A stretch of DNA of 28,877 nt from Gammaproteobacteria bacterium (GCA_027293665.1 JAPUFN010000238.1:1-28877); one strand, 5' to 3'. Positions 15,870 through 25,118 are shown, counted from the first letter of the stretch. Made by a program: numbers and translations. The notes: generated by a model from the letters alone, not told the origin.

Positions 15870-15901
15870 GTCCCGAGAATTCCTTTTCCTATGCGGGACA
15901 T
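15868..15901. promoter_or_regulatory. Perfect 8-bp inverted repeat (ATGTCCCG-N18-CGGGACAT) spanning the RBS and start codon of the zinc-ribbon gene
   Basis: 15868-15875 atgtcccg and 15894-15901 cgggacat are exact reverse complements. The loop carries AGGAAAAGGA on the minus strand. Confidence 0.55.
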
Positions 15902-15966
15902 TTTAAGTAACCATTCAGCGCTACGGAGTTTCGAGGTGTCGATTTGTGACCCGTGCCTCACGGACA

Positions 15967-17184
15967 CTATGACGGGAGTTGCCTCCGCAAGCTCTCGCGG
16001 AACTCAGGCGCCGCAATATCGAGTAGAGCCTGCGCGCGCGCCCGAACCGGCAGATCTGCAATCTGCGCAACTCCGTACTCGGTCACCACCGTGTCGATAT
16101 CCGTACGCAGCGCGGTCACCATCAGCGTCTGTGGAACAATTCTGGAGACCGTTCCGCCGCGCGCGGTTGCCTGCATCGCAATGATGGAACGCCCGCCCGA
16201 CGAGGCCCTCGCAGCGCGCATGAAGTCCACTGAGCCACCCGTACCCGAAAGTTGCCGGCCGTTCGCAAACTCTGCATTGAGCTGACCGTAAAGGTCTATC
16301 TCCAGAGCGGAATTGATCGAGACGAACTGCGGAATCTGCCTGATCACTGCGACTTCATGAGTGTAGTCCGCGCCTTTGAAGACGACGGCCGGCGTGTCGG
16401 CAAGCCACTCGATGAGCCGGTGGGAGCCAAGCGCCATCCCGGTCACATGCTGCTCCCGGTCGATGGGTTTGTTCTTGCCTGTGACATTACCGGCGTCGAT
16501 GAGCGCCATGCCGCCATCATCGAGCAACCCACCGTGCAGGCCCAGATCGTTGCGTTGCGTTAACGCCGCAAGGATCGCCGCCGGGATGGCACCGATGCCG
16601 GTCTGTATGCAATCACCATCGGCAATCAAGCCAGCCACGTGATGGCCAATCTGCCGGGCGGTTGCATCGATCACCGGCGGTGGCAGCTCGAACAGCGGAC
16701 GCTGCGATTCCACGAGGTAGTCGATCTGTGCTGCGTCGAGTTCGGGGCATCCCGGCGGCGCGACAAAACTGCGATTTACCTCCACCATGAGTATTTTGGC
16801 ACAGCCGAGAACGGCAGCCGCGTAGTCCACGTTCGGTCCGAGGCGCAGCGTGCCCGCGGCATCGTACGCGGCCTGCAGCATGGCAACATCAATGTCCTTT
16901 GAGAGGTAGTCGAACACCCTGCGCATCTGCTTCGGCAAAAAATTGAGCCTGGCAGGATCTGCATCTTTGAGGTGCGAGGTCATAAAAAAGGTCGTGAAGC
17001 GGCTGGTCTCGTCGAGCGCCGTGAAATCCGTCCGGTTATAACCACCCAGCGGGAACTGCACGAATTCCAGATCAGCCGGCAGTGGCTGCTGGCTCAGCTC
17101 ATCAACCAGTGCGGTGGGTTCGTTGACGCTGCCAGCCACGAATATCCGCTGACCGCTTTTGAGGTAGTTACTCAATTCAGCCAC
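15967..17184 (-). CDS. Acetyl-CoA hydrolase/transferase (family I CoA-transferase) homologue
   Basis: Motifs LGPNVDY, CIQTGIGAIP, NSALEIDLYGQLN, SGTGGSVDF and DTVVTEYGVA. GGAG lies 8 nt before GTG 17184 (the ORF-track start 17217 is also possible). Confidence 0.9.
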   Translation of the reverse strand: MAELSNYLKSGQRIFVAGSVNEPTALVDELSQQPLPADLEFVQFPLGGYNRTDFTALDETSRFTTFFMTSHLKDADPARLNFLPKQMRRVFDYLSKDIDVAMLQAAYDAAGTLRLGPNVDYAAAVLGCAKILMVEVNRSFVAPPGCPELDAAQIDYLVESQRPLFELPPPVIDATARQIGHHVAGLIADGDCIQTGIGAIPAAILAALTQRNDLGLHGGLLDDGGMALIDAGNVTGKNKPIDREQHVTGMALGSHRLIEWLADTPAVVFKGADYTHEVAVIRQIPQFVSINSALEIDLYGQLNAEFANGRQLSGTGGSVDFMRAARASSGGRSIIAMQATARGGTVSRIVPQTLMVTALRTDIDTVVTEYGVAQIADLPVRARAQALLDIAAPEFRESLRRQLPS

Positions 17185-17308
17185 GCAACAGGCTCCGAAC
17201 TGTGCCAGCTGAGGCAAAGGTGTCAGTAGTGTTTGTCATTTCCAGCCATTACTCCCAAAAACCGTGACCGAAGTGCGAGAATCGCAGTCACGCAAGCATA
17301 TTGTGACG

Positions 17309-18178
17309 ATGATTCACGGCAACTTACAGGACCTGTGCGATCTGCTGACGGTGACGCGCACGGCTGCCGGGATGTTTCTCGGTGGCCAGCCGCTCGAGGA
17401 TCGCTATCGGGTTTATGGTGGCCAGTTTCTCGGCCAGGGGCTGCTGGCTGCGTGCTGGGATCAGCCGTACCCGGCACACTCGCTGCATGCCATATTCCTG
17501 CGTCCGGGTACGCCTGATACGCCAATCGAGTACCGGGTCCAAAACCCCGATCCCACGCTTACTCCGACAAGCCTGCGCACAGTCAGCGCCCGGCAAAATG
17601 GCAGGGAGCTGTTCCTGATGGACGTGGTGCTCGCCGATTTCGTTCCCGCGGATCCGCAGGCAGCCATGAAGCTTGCCGGACCCGACAAGGCGATACCCAG
17701 GGAGGAAGGCATCCGGCATCTGGCTACAAACACCCAGGCCAGCTGGGCAAACGCCGACTCGCCATTCGACAATCGCTTCGTCGAAAACATCTGGCGTGAC
17801 GACTACAACCAACCCGGCCACCATGTCTGGTTCCGCACGCGTGGGTCACAGCCCACTTCTGCAACAGCCGGGCTGACCGCACAGCAGATGCGGCAGGCGG
17901 TCCTTGCGTACTATGTTGACGACACCATCATGGACAATGCGCTTTTTCCCGGTGGCTGGCTGACCAGCTGGGACACGCTGGAAACCGCGAGTCTGGATCA
18001 TTGCATGTGGTTTCATCAGGATTACCACTACGACGAATGGCTGCTGCACGATCAGGACAGCCCCGTGGCCGCACACGGCCGCGGCCTGACTCGTGCAACG
18101 GTCTACACCGAAGACTGGCGACCGGTCGCATCGTCGTATCAGGAGATCCTGATGCGGCTCAGTGCAGCGCAACCGTGA
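17309..18178 (+). CDS. Acyl-CoA thioesterase II (TesB-like, double hot-dog)
   Basis: Motifs RVYGGQFLGQ, AHSLHAIFLRPG, AYYVDD (Asp), ASLDHCMWFH, W.L..Q.SP.A..GRGL and QE. The start is uncertain (GTG 17264 is in frame). Confidence 0.9.
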   Translation: MIHGNLQDLCDLLTVTRTAAGMFLGGQPLEDRYRVYGGQFLGQGLLAACWDQPYPAHSLHAIFLRPGTPDTPIEYRVQNPDPTLTPTSLRTVSARQNGRELFLMDVVLADFVPADPQAAMKLAGPDKAIPREEGIRHLATNTQASWANADSPFDNRFVENIWRDDYNQPGHHVWFRTRGSQPTSATAGLTAQQMRQAVLAYYVDDTIMDNALFPGGWLTSWDTLETASLDHCMWFHQDYHYDEWLLHDQDSPVAAHGRGLTRATVYTEDWRPVASSYQEILMRLSAAQP

Positions 18179-21100
18179 GCTCAGCTGTATTTCATTCGAG
18201 TGTGCAGAACTGGTTCAGCCGGGAGTTCCCAGGCCCTACGAGTGTCCAGAGTCAGAGCTGGCCGCTGATCGCAGACGGGGCACATGTCCTCATCACGGCG
18301 CCCACCGGCAGCGGTAAAACGCTCACGGCATTTCTGTGGTCCCTCAACCAGTTTGCCACCGGCGCCTGGTCACCCGGCCACACGAGTGTTGTATACATCT
18401 CACCACTCAAAGCGCTCAACAACGATATTCAGCGCAACCTGTTAAGCCCACTCAGCGCGCTTAGAGAGGTTGCCGGCTACCCCCGGATCAACGTCCAGAC
18501 TCGCTCGGGCGACACCCCGCAAAGCGAGCGTCAGCGTATGTTGCGCCGGCCGCCCGAAATCCTGATCACCACGCCAGAGAGCCTTTCGTTGTTGCTGACA
18601 ACGCACAAAGGCCGGCAGGCGCTGACCCAGGTAAAAACGGTGATACTCGATGAGATTCATTCGATCGTCGATAACCGGCGCGGCGTCCAGCTCATGACCT
18701 CGCTGGAGCGCCTGGTGGATCTGGCGGGTGAATTTCAACGCATCGCGCTCTCGGCAACCGTGAATCCACTATCGGTGATCGCAGCATATGTCGGTGGCTT
18801 CAGCGCAGAGGGGCGGCCGAGAAAGGTTGCGATCGTGGAAGCGCCACAAGACAAGGTCATCGATTTCAGAGTCCGGTTTCCAGAAGCCGCGCGACACGCC
18901 GCAGAGAATGGCGAAAAAATCTGGGCGCCGCTGGCGGACAGCTTTCGCGACATCATCGATGCCAATCAGTCGACGTTGTTTTTCACGAACTCACGCCGGC
19001 TTGCAGAGAAGATCACCCTGCAGATCAACGATGACCGGATCGCACCAGTTGCGTATGCCCACCATGGATCGCTCGCCAGAGACATTCGCACGGAAGTTGA
19101 AAGCCGACTGAAGGCGGGCGAGCTGCAGGCAATTGTCGCCACAAATTCGCTTGAAATGGGTATCGACATCGGCCATCTCGATGAAGTGGTACTGGTGCAA
19201 TCACCACCTTCGGTTGCCTCGACACTGCAGAGGATTGGCAGAGCGGGTCACCAGGTAGGCGAAACAAGCGTGGGCACGCTCTATCCAACACACGCGCAGG
19301 ATTTTCTCGAAGCCGCCGTGCTGTCACAGGCCGTTGCCGAACGCGATATCGAACCTCTGACACCCATGACGAATGCACTCGATGTGCTCGCGCAGATAAT
19401 TATCTCGTGTTGCGCCAACGAAACCTGGGAAGTTGCTGCGCTCTGGGCCCTTATTACGCGCAGCACGCCCTACCGAAACCTGCCGCGGCAGCAGTTTGAT
19501 CTCGTGATTGAGATGCTGACCGGCCGCTACTCGGGATCCAGAGTCAGAGAACTGAAACCGCAGCTGGCCTTCGACCGAATTGCGCAAACGCTCAAAGCGA
19601 ATAAAAGTGCCCTGTTTTCGCTCTACAACTCCGGCGGTACCATTCCGGACAGAGGCTACTACAAGCTGCGTCACGCAGATTCAGGTGCGGTGATCGGCGA
19701 ACTCGACGAAGAGTTCGTCTGGGAAGCCCGCATCGGCCAGACCTTTACGCTCGGCACCCAGAGCTGGCAGATTCAGCGCATCACCCACAATGATGTGATG
19801 GTTACAACCGCGCGGCCAGGCGCGCACGTCCCACCATTCTGGCGTTCGGAGATGGCCAGCCGCAGTTTCCACTTCTCCGAAAAAATTGCTCAGTACCTGG
19901 AACTGGCAGAAACGCAGCTGGCCGGGCGCAAAGAGGCTGAACTGCAACAGGATCTGGAATCCGATCGCGGCTTTGAAGCCACGGCGGCAGAAGAACTCAC
20001 CGCATACCTCGTAAGCCAGCGCGCAGCGACTCGCACTCTGCCACACCGCCACCACCTCCTCATCGAACAGGTTAACGCCGGGCCCGGCGGGTACCGCGGT
20101 CCCGACGGGATTTCCCAGCTGGTATTACACACGTTCTGGGGCGGCCGCCTGAACCGGCCCTGGGCGCTCGCGCTAGCGGCCGCCTGGCATGACCAGTTTG
20201 CAAGCACGCCGGAAATGCATGCCGACAACAACACGATCGTCATCCAGGCCAGCGAGTCGATCGAACCGGCCAAGCTCCTGGCGCTTGTGAATTCCGGCAA
20301 TCTGCAGGCATTGCTTCGCGCTTCCCTTGAACAGTCCGGCTTTTTCGGCGCCCGCTTCCGCGAGTGTGCAGGCCGCTCGCTGCTGCTTACCCGGCAGCGT
20401 TTCAACCAGCGGCTGCCACTGTGGATGAGCCGCTTGCAGGCGAAAAAACTGATGACTTCGGTCGCAGGCTATTCGGATTTCCCCATCCTGCTGGAAACCT
20501 GGCGTACCTGCCTCGTCGACGAGTTCGATCTCGCTGCGCTCGGCGCTATGCTCGACGAGTTGCGCGATGGACAAATCAGCTGGTCACACGTCACGACAGC
20601 AGCGCCCAGCCCGTTTGCCGCGAATGTCACGTTCGACCAGATAAGCCGGTACATGTATGCCGATGACTCACCGACCCGAGCGGGTTCCAGCTCACTTTCC
20701 GATGAGCTCATCGCAAACGCCATCGCCAACGAGTCACTGCGGCCAAAGCTGAGCCCGGAGACAATCGAGGAATTCCTCAGCAAGCGCCAGCGACGCCTGG
20801 CGGGCTACGAACCGGCAACCAGTGAGGACTGGCTAGAGTGGCTCAAGGAGCGGGTATTCATTCCGCAGCACGAACTGAGCGAGGCGCAAACTCACGAGTC
20901 AGAGATTCCGTTCGGTAAATTTGCAACGCTTAACCGCGGATCCCGCACATGGTTTACCCATCCTGAACTGCTCCACTCCCTGCAGGATTGTGGGCTCATC
21001 ACCAACGACATGTTCGACCACCCTGCCGCCGAGGTCATCGACGCGCGCACGGCTGAACAGTTCGCCCAGGAATTTCTGTCCTTCTACGGGCCGCTGAGCA

Positions 21101-22452
21101 CAGTGCAGATTGAAGCACTGCTGCCGTTCGTACCGGCTGGTCTGCTGGACGACGACGAAGCATTCATCTGCGGTCAACTTGTGGCCGATGACGCGACAAC
21201 TTACTACTGCAATCTGGACAACTTCGAAATTCTTCTACGCTTCCAGCGGGCCAGATCGCGACCTGCTGTCGAAGCTCGCAGCGTCTCCGGATTACCTGGC
21301 TTCATCGCCACCTGGCAGCGCTTCGGGCAGGTAAATTCCGCCACCGCCATTAACGAGACGCTACTGTCCTTGCGCGGTTGGCGGGCGCCACCGGGCATCT
21401 GGTTGCAGGACCTGTTCGCTGCGCGATTTCCGGCCTTTTCTGCCCACCATCTCGATACCGCGCTTGCGGATCTGCAGCTCAGCTGGTTCGGCTGCGGACG
21501 CGAATCCGTGAGCGTGGGATACCCGGAGGACGCAGACCTTGTGAGCCCGGCCGGTGTAAGTTCGTTGCGCGAAATGTTCGTGGATCCCAACGCGCGCTAC
21601 ACGTTTTTCCAGCTCGCCGATCGGCAGGATGCAGGGCTCGATACGTTCAACGAGCTGTGGTGGAACAGTATCTGGGCGGGTGAGCTGATCGCGGATTCGC
21701 TGCAACCACTGCGCCAGGGTCTGGCGCGCAACTACTCGTTTACCGGCACATCCAGTCTTAGCACACGCAGGCAAACGAGTCGGCGCGCTGCGCGCACGAA
21801 GAGCCAGGGCTGGGGTGGCAACTGGTCTGTGAGAACTCCGCGCGAGCAGGAAGTCGACCCACTGACGCGACTGGAAGATGAAAAGGAGTGCGCCCGGTTG
21901 CTGTTGGACCGGTACGGGTTCGTCTGCCGGGAACTGGCGAATCGCGAAGGCGGCGAGTTGAAATGGTCGCGCGTGTTCAAGGCGCTGCGCACGATGGAAC
22001 TCGCAGGGGAAGTGTTCGCGGGCTATTTCTTCGAGGGTCTTTCTGGTCCGCAGTTCATCTCACCCGCCGGATTGAATCTATTCCAGCGCAACGACGCGCC
22101 GCCGGCAGCATACTGGGTCAACGCGCTCGATCCGGTCTCGCCCTGTGGTCTGGGGCTGGGAAGCGATACTCTGCCGCAGCGCAGGGCCGCAAACTATCTA
22201 TCCTATCTTGGTCACGAGCTTGCACTCATCACCGAAAATCTCGGTCGCCGGTTGACGTTTCACGTGCCACCGGATCATGCATCGATTCTGCAGGTGGTCG
22301 CCGTGCTCAGTTATCTGGTCACGACCCACAAACGTCTCCACGTAGATACCATTAACGGCGAACCCACGCGCAGCAGTCCCTATCTGGAAGTGCTCACACA
22401 GGTCCTGAAGCCAGTGAAAGACCACAAGCAGATTTACTTCGAACTGCCTTAG
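18175..22452 (+). CDS. lhr: Full-length Lhr ATP-dependent SF2 helicase (core plus C-terminal winged-helix/HTH_42-like domain), about 1425 aa
   Basis: Motifs APTGSGKT, YISPLKALNNDI, TTPESL, DEIH, SAT, FTNSRR, ATNSLEMGIDIG, QRIGRAGH, GGTIPD and PFW. CTD motifs LLDRYGFVCRE and GYFFEGLSGPQF. The GTG start overlaps the tesB-like stop (GTGA). Confidence 0.93.
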   Translation: MSSAVFHSSVQNWFSREFPGPTSVQSQSWPLIADGAHVLITAPTGSGKTLTAFLWSLNQFATGAWSPGHTSVVYISPLKALNNDIQRNLLSPLSALREVAGYPRINVQTRSGDTPQSERQRMLRRPPEILITTPESLSLLLTTHKGRQALTQVKTVILDEIHSIVDNRRGVQLMTSLERLVDLAGEFQRIALSATVNPLSVIAAYVGGFSAEGRPRKVAIVEAPQDKVIDFRVRFPEAARHAAENGEKIWAPLADSFRDIIDANQSTLFFTNSRRLAEKITLQINDDRIAPVAYAHHGSLARDIRTEVESRLKAGELQAIVATNSLEMGIDIGHLDEVVLVQSPPSVASTLQRIGRAGHQVGETSVGTLYPTHAQDFLEAAVLSQAVAERDIEPLTPMTNALDVLAQIIISCCANETWEVAALWALITRSTPYRNLPRQQFDLVIEMLTGRYSGSRVRELKPQLAFDRIAQTLKANKSALFSLYNSGGTIPDRGYYKLRHADSGAVIGELDEEFVWEARIGQTFTLGTQSWQIQRITHNDVMVTTARPGAHVPPFWRSEMASRSFHFSEKIAQYLELAETQLAGRKEAELQQDLESDRGFEATAAEELTAYLVSQRAATRTLPHRHHLLIEQVNAGPGGYRGPDGISQLVLHTFWGGRLNRPWALALAAAWHDQFASTPEMHADNNTIVIQASESIEPAKLLALVNSGNLQALLRASLEQSGFFGARFRECAGRSLLLTRQRFNQRLPLWMSRLQAKKLMTSVAGYSDFPILLETWRTCLVDEFDLAALGAMLDELRDGQISWSHVTTAAPSPFAANVTFDQISRYMYADDSPTRAGSSSLSDELIANAIANESLRPKLSPETIEEFLSKRQRRLAGYEPATSEDWLEWLKERVFIPQHELSEAQTHESEIPFGKFATLNRGSRTWFTHPELLHSLQDCGLITNDMFDHPAAEVIDARTAEQFAQEFLSFYGPLSTVQIEALLPFVPAGLLDDDEAFICGQLVADDATTYYCNLDNFEILLRFQRARSRPAVEARSVSGLPGFIATWQRFGQVNSATAINETLLSLRGWRAPPGIWLQDLFAARFPAFSAHHLDTALADLQLSWFGCGRESVSVGYPEDADLVSPAGVSSLREMFVDPNARYTFFQLADRQDAGLDTFNELWWNSIWAGELIADSLQPLRQGLARNYSFTGTSSLSTRRQTSRRAARTKSQGWGGNWSVRTPREQEVDPLTRLEDEKECARLLLDRYGFVCRELANREGGELKWSRVFKALRTMELAGEVFAGYFFEGLSGPQFISPAGLNLFQRNDAPPAAYWVNALDPVSPCGLGLGSDTLPQRRAANYLSYLGHELALITENLGRRLTFHVPPDHASILQVVAVLSYLVTTHKRLHVDTINGEPTRSSPYLEVLTQVLKPVKDHKQIYFELP

Positions 22453-22479
22453 CGAGCTACCCCAGGAGGTTGTCGAACA

Positions 22480-23406
22480 TTGAATTCAGTTCTGTATTTC
22501 AGTCACCCGGACTGTCTTGCCCACGAGATGCAACCCGGGCACCCGGAACGACCCGACCGCCTGCGAGCCATCGCCAGCTATCTGGGGGCAACCGGTCTGG
22601 CCGATGATCTGCTGCTGCGCGAAGCAACGCCGCTGACCGATGTCGCGCTCGAGTCAGCCCACGGTGCCGAGTATCTGCAGCATCTGCGCGACAGTGTGCC
22701 GCGCGAGGGCCTGGTGGCCGTCGATCCCGACACGGCGCTGGGACCACAAAGCCTCAACGCCGCGCGTCTGGCAGCGGGCGCAGTGACGGACGCGGTAGCG
22801 GCGGTGCTCGACGGGACAGCCAACCGCGCGTTTTGTGCGGTGCGGCCGCCCGGACATCATGCGGAACATTCGGCTGCGATGGGTTTCTGTTTCTACAACA
22901 GCGTCGCACTTGGCGCGCAGGCGGCATTACGCGATAGCGAAATCGAACGAGTCGCAGTGTTAGATTTCGATGTGCACCACGGCAACGGCACAGTGGACAT
23001 CTTCAAAGACCAACCTCAGGTTCTGGTGTGTTCGAGCTTTCAGCATCCTTATTATCCCTATCGGTATGCCGACATCGAGCGTGACAATATCGTCAACACA
23101 CCGTTGCCGGCCGGGACCACGGGCAGCGAATTCAGACATGCAATCGAGCGGGACTGGCTGCCGGCACTGGAAAAGCACAAACCGCAGCTGATCTTCGTCT
23201 CAGCCGGGTTCGATGCGCACAGACTCGATCCGCTCGCGCAACTGGAGCTGACAGAGACTGACTTTACCTGGGTAAGCGAACTCATTGTCGGCTCGGCGGA
23301 ACAATTTGCCGACGGCCGAATCGTTTCCACGCTGGAGGGTGGCTATGATCTGGACGCGTTGGCACGCAGCGTTCACGCGCATCTCGAAGTGCTGCTAGCC
23401 CATTGA
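22480..23406 (+). CDS. Zn-dependent histone deacetylase family protein (class II/AcuC-like amidohydrolase)
   Basis: Motifs HPERPDRL, RPPGHHAE, GFCFYN, DFDVHHGNGT, SAGFDAH and LEGGY. AGGAGG lies 10 nt before TTG. Confidence 0.95.
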   Translation: MNSVLYFSHPDCLAHEMQPGHPERPDRLRAIASYLGATGLADDLLLREATPLTDVALESAHGAEYLQHLRDSVPREGLVAVDPDTALGPQSLNAARLAAGAVTDAVAAVLDGTANRAFCAVRPPGHHAEHSAAMGFCFYNSVALGAQAALRDSEIERVAVLDFDVHHGNGTVDIFKDQPQVLVCSSFQHPYYPYRYADIERDNIVNTPLPAGTTGSEFRHAIERDWLPALEKHKPQLIFVSAGFDAHRLDPLAQLELTETDFTWVSELIVGSAEQFADGRIVSTLEGGYDLDALARSVHAHLEVLLAH

Positions 23407-23416
23407 AGACAGCGCA

Positions 23417-24184
23417 CTAATTGGCTGACTGGCCTCCACCATCGCAATAAACGCGCTCACCCGTCAGATAAGTATTTTGCGGAGACACAAAGTAGCGCAC
23501 GACATTTGCAACATCTTCGGGTTGGCAGACTTTGCCGAAAGGCATCACGTGGTCGAGCTCCCTGAGATCCTGCACACCCGCCGTGGCTTGCATGAGTCGC
23601 CGGCCCATCTCCGTCTCGACGAGTCCGGGTGCGACGATGTTGACCCGGATACCGTGCGGTCGTTCTTCTTTCGCCAGCGTATAGGCAAGTGCTTCCATCG
23701 CACATTTGCCCATGTTGTAGGGTGCACCGTAGCCACCCAGTGAGCGTGTAGCAACGCTGGAGATCATGATGATGTCACCGCGTGGCAGTTCACGCATCTT
23801 CGGCAGGACGAGTTTGGCCAGATAGTGAGGGCCGAAGGCATGTGTCGCGACCACTCTTTGCAGCTCCGCTATCTCGGTGTCTACGACCGAGCGACCGCGG
23901 CTGGCGATCCCGGCATTGTTGATGAGTATTCCAACTCCACCGAAGTCGGTTTCGACGGCTGCGACCATCGCCGCATCCTGCTCGTAATCATCAACCGACG
24001 CCTGGTAGGCTGCCGCCTTCCGGCCAAGTGCCTGTATCAAGCCGACCACTTCCTGCGCGGATTCTGCATCGCGACGGTAATTGACCGCTACATCCGCACC
24101 GGCTTCGGCCAGCGCAAGTGCAATAGCCCTACCCACGCCACGACCGGCACCTGTGACCAGCGCTACTCTGCCTTCCAGATCCAT
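23417..24184 (-). CDS. Short-chain dehydrogenase/reductase (FabG-like)
   Basis: Motifs TGAGRGVG, NNAG, ISS, YNMGK and NIVAPG. Confidence 0.92.
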   Translation of the reverse strand: MDLEGRVALVTGAGRGVGRAIALALAEAGADVAVNYRRDAESAQEVVGLIQALGRKAAAYQASVDDYEQDAAMVAAVETDFGGVGILINNAGIASRGRSVVDTEIAELQRVVATHAFGPHYLAKLVLPKMRELPRGDIIMISSVATRSLGGYGAPYNMGKCAMEALAYTLAKEERPHGIRVNIVAPGLVETEMGRRLMQATAGVQDLRELDHVMPFGKVCQPEDVANVVRYFVSPQNTYLTGERVYCDGGGQSAN

Positions 24185-24186
24185 TT

Positions 24187-24978
24187 TTATTCTCCTTTGA
24201 ACTGCGCGTCGCGCTTTTCTAAAAAAGCGCTGACACCTTCCGCGAAATCTTTTGTCGAGCCTGCCTGGTTTTGCAGCTGCGCTTCGTATTCGAGTTGCTG
24301 CTCAAAGGCATTGTGCCAGGTGCTCCAGTAGGCTTTGCGTATCAACGCAAGGGACTTCGGCCCATCGGCGAGTTTTTTCGCAATGCCCATCGCGCCATCG
24401 AGCAGCGCTTCGTTATCCTCATAGAGTCGATTGACCAGTCCCCACTCCTGCGCCTGCTCGGCCGGCAGGCGCTCAGCGAGCAGCGACAATTCCATCGCTC
24501 TGCCCCAACCCACCAGGCGCGGCAGCATGAATGTCGATCCGCCATCGGGGATCAGACCGATACGGGCAAACGCCTGCAGAAAAAAGGCGCCTTTCGCCGC
24601 GCAGACAATGTCACCCATGATCGCGAAACTCATTCCGACACCCGCGGCTGCACCGTTGACCGCGGTTACGATCGGCATATCCAGATCGCGCAAGGCAAAC
24701 AGAATTGGGTGGTAGGTGGAGCGCAGGCCATCACCAGCACCACCGGGTTCGCCCCGATTCTCGTCCTGCAGGTTGGCACCGGCACAGAATGCCCGACCCT
24801 CGCCGGTGAGCAACAGCGCCCGCGCCCCGTTGCGCGGATCTGCGATCTGGCGAATGGCACTGCCGAAATCGACGAGCATCTGCGAGCCAACGGCATTCAA
24901 GACTTCCGGATGATTGAACTTCAAAACTGCGACATTGTCTTGAAATTCGAGGGACATTCTTTGCAGGTCGCCTGACAT
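24187..24978 (-). CDS. Crotonase superfamily enoyl-CoA hydratase/isomerase, PaaG-like
   Basis: Motifs GRAFCAGANL, AVNGAAAGVG, QAFARIGLIPDGG and DFAEGVSAFLEKR. AGGAG lies 8 nt before ATG 24978. Confidence 0.92.
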   Translation of the reverse strand: MSGDLQRMSLEFQDNVAVLKFNHPEVLNAVGSQMLVDFGSAIRQIADPRNGARALLLTGEGRAFCAGANLQDENRGEPGGAGDGLRSTYHPILFALRDLDMPIVTAVNGAAAGVGMSFAIMGDIVCAAKGAFFLQAFARIGLIPDGGSTFMLPRLVGWGRAMELSLLAERLPAEQAQEWGLVNRLYEDNEALLDGAMGIAKKLADGPKSLALIRKAYWSTWHNAFEQQLEYEAQLQNQAGSTKDFAEGVSAFLEKRDAQFKGE

Positions 24979-25118
24979 TCTTGACTCTCCTGTTATTACA
25001 GCGGGTTGTGACGACAGGTTGTTACACCCATGCGCGCGTGAGGACGTGAAGAAAAGGCGCAAGACGATAGCGTATTTTCCGGTACGCTCACAGCGTTTTG
25101 CAGTGGGAGGAGAGACGC

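Noticed and set aside
15945-15963. CRP/FNR-like site or terminator (TGTGA...TCACG; CCGTG-CCT-CACGG)
   Set aside because: The half-site spacing is 8 rather than 6, and the hairpin is short with no U-tract.
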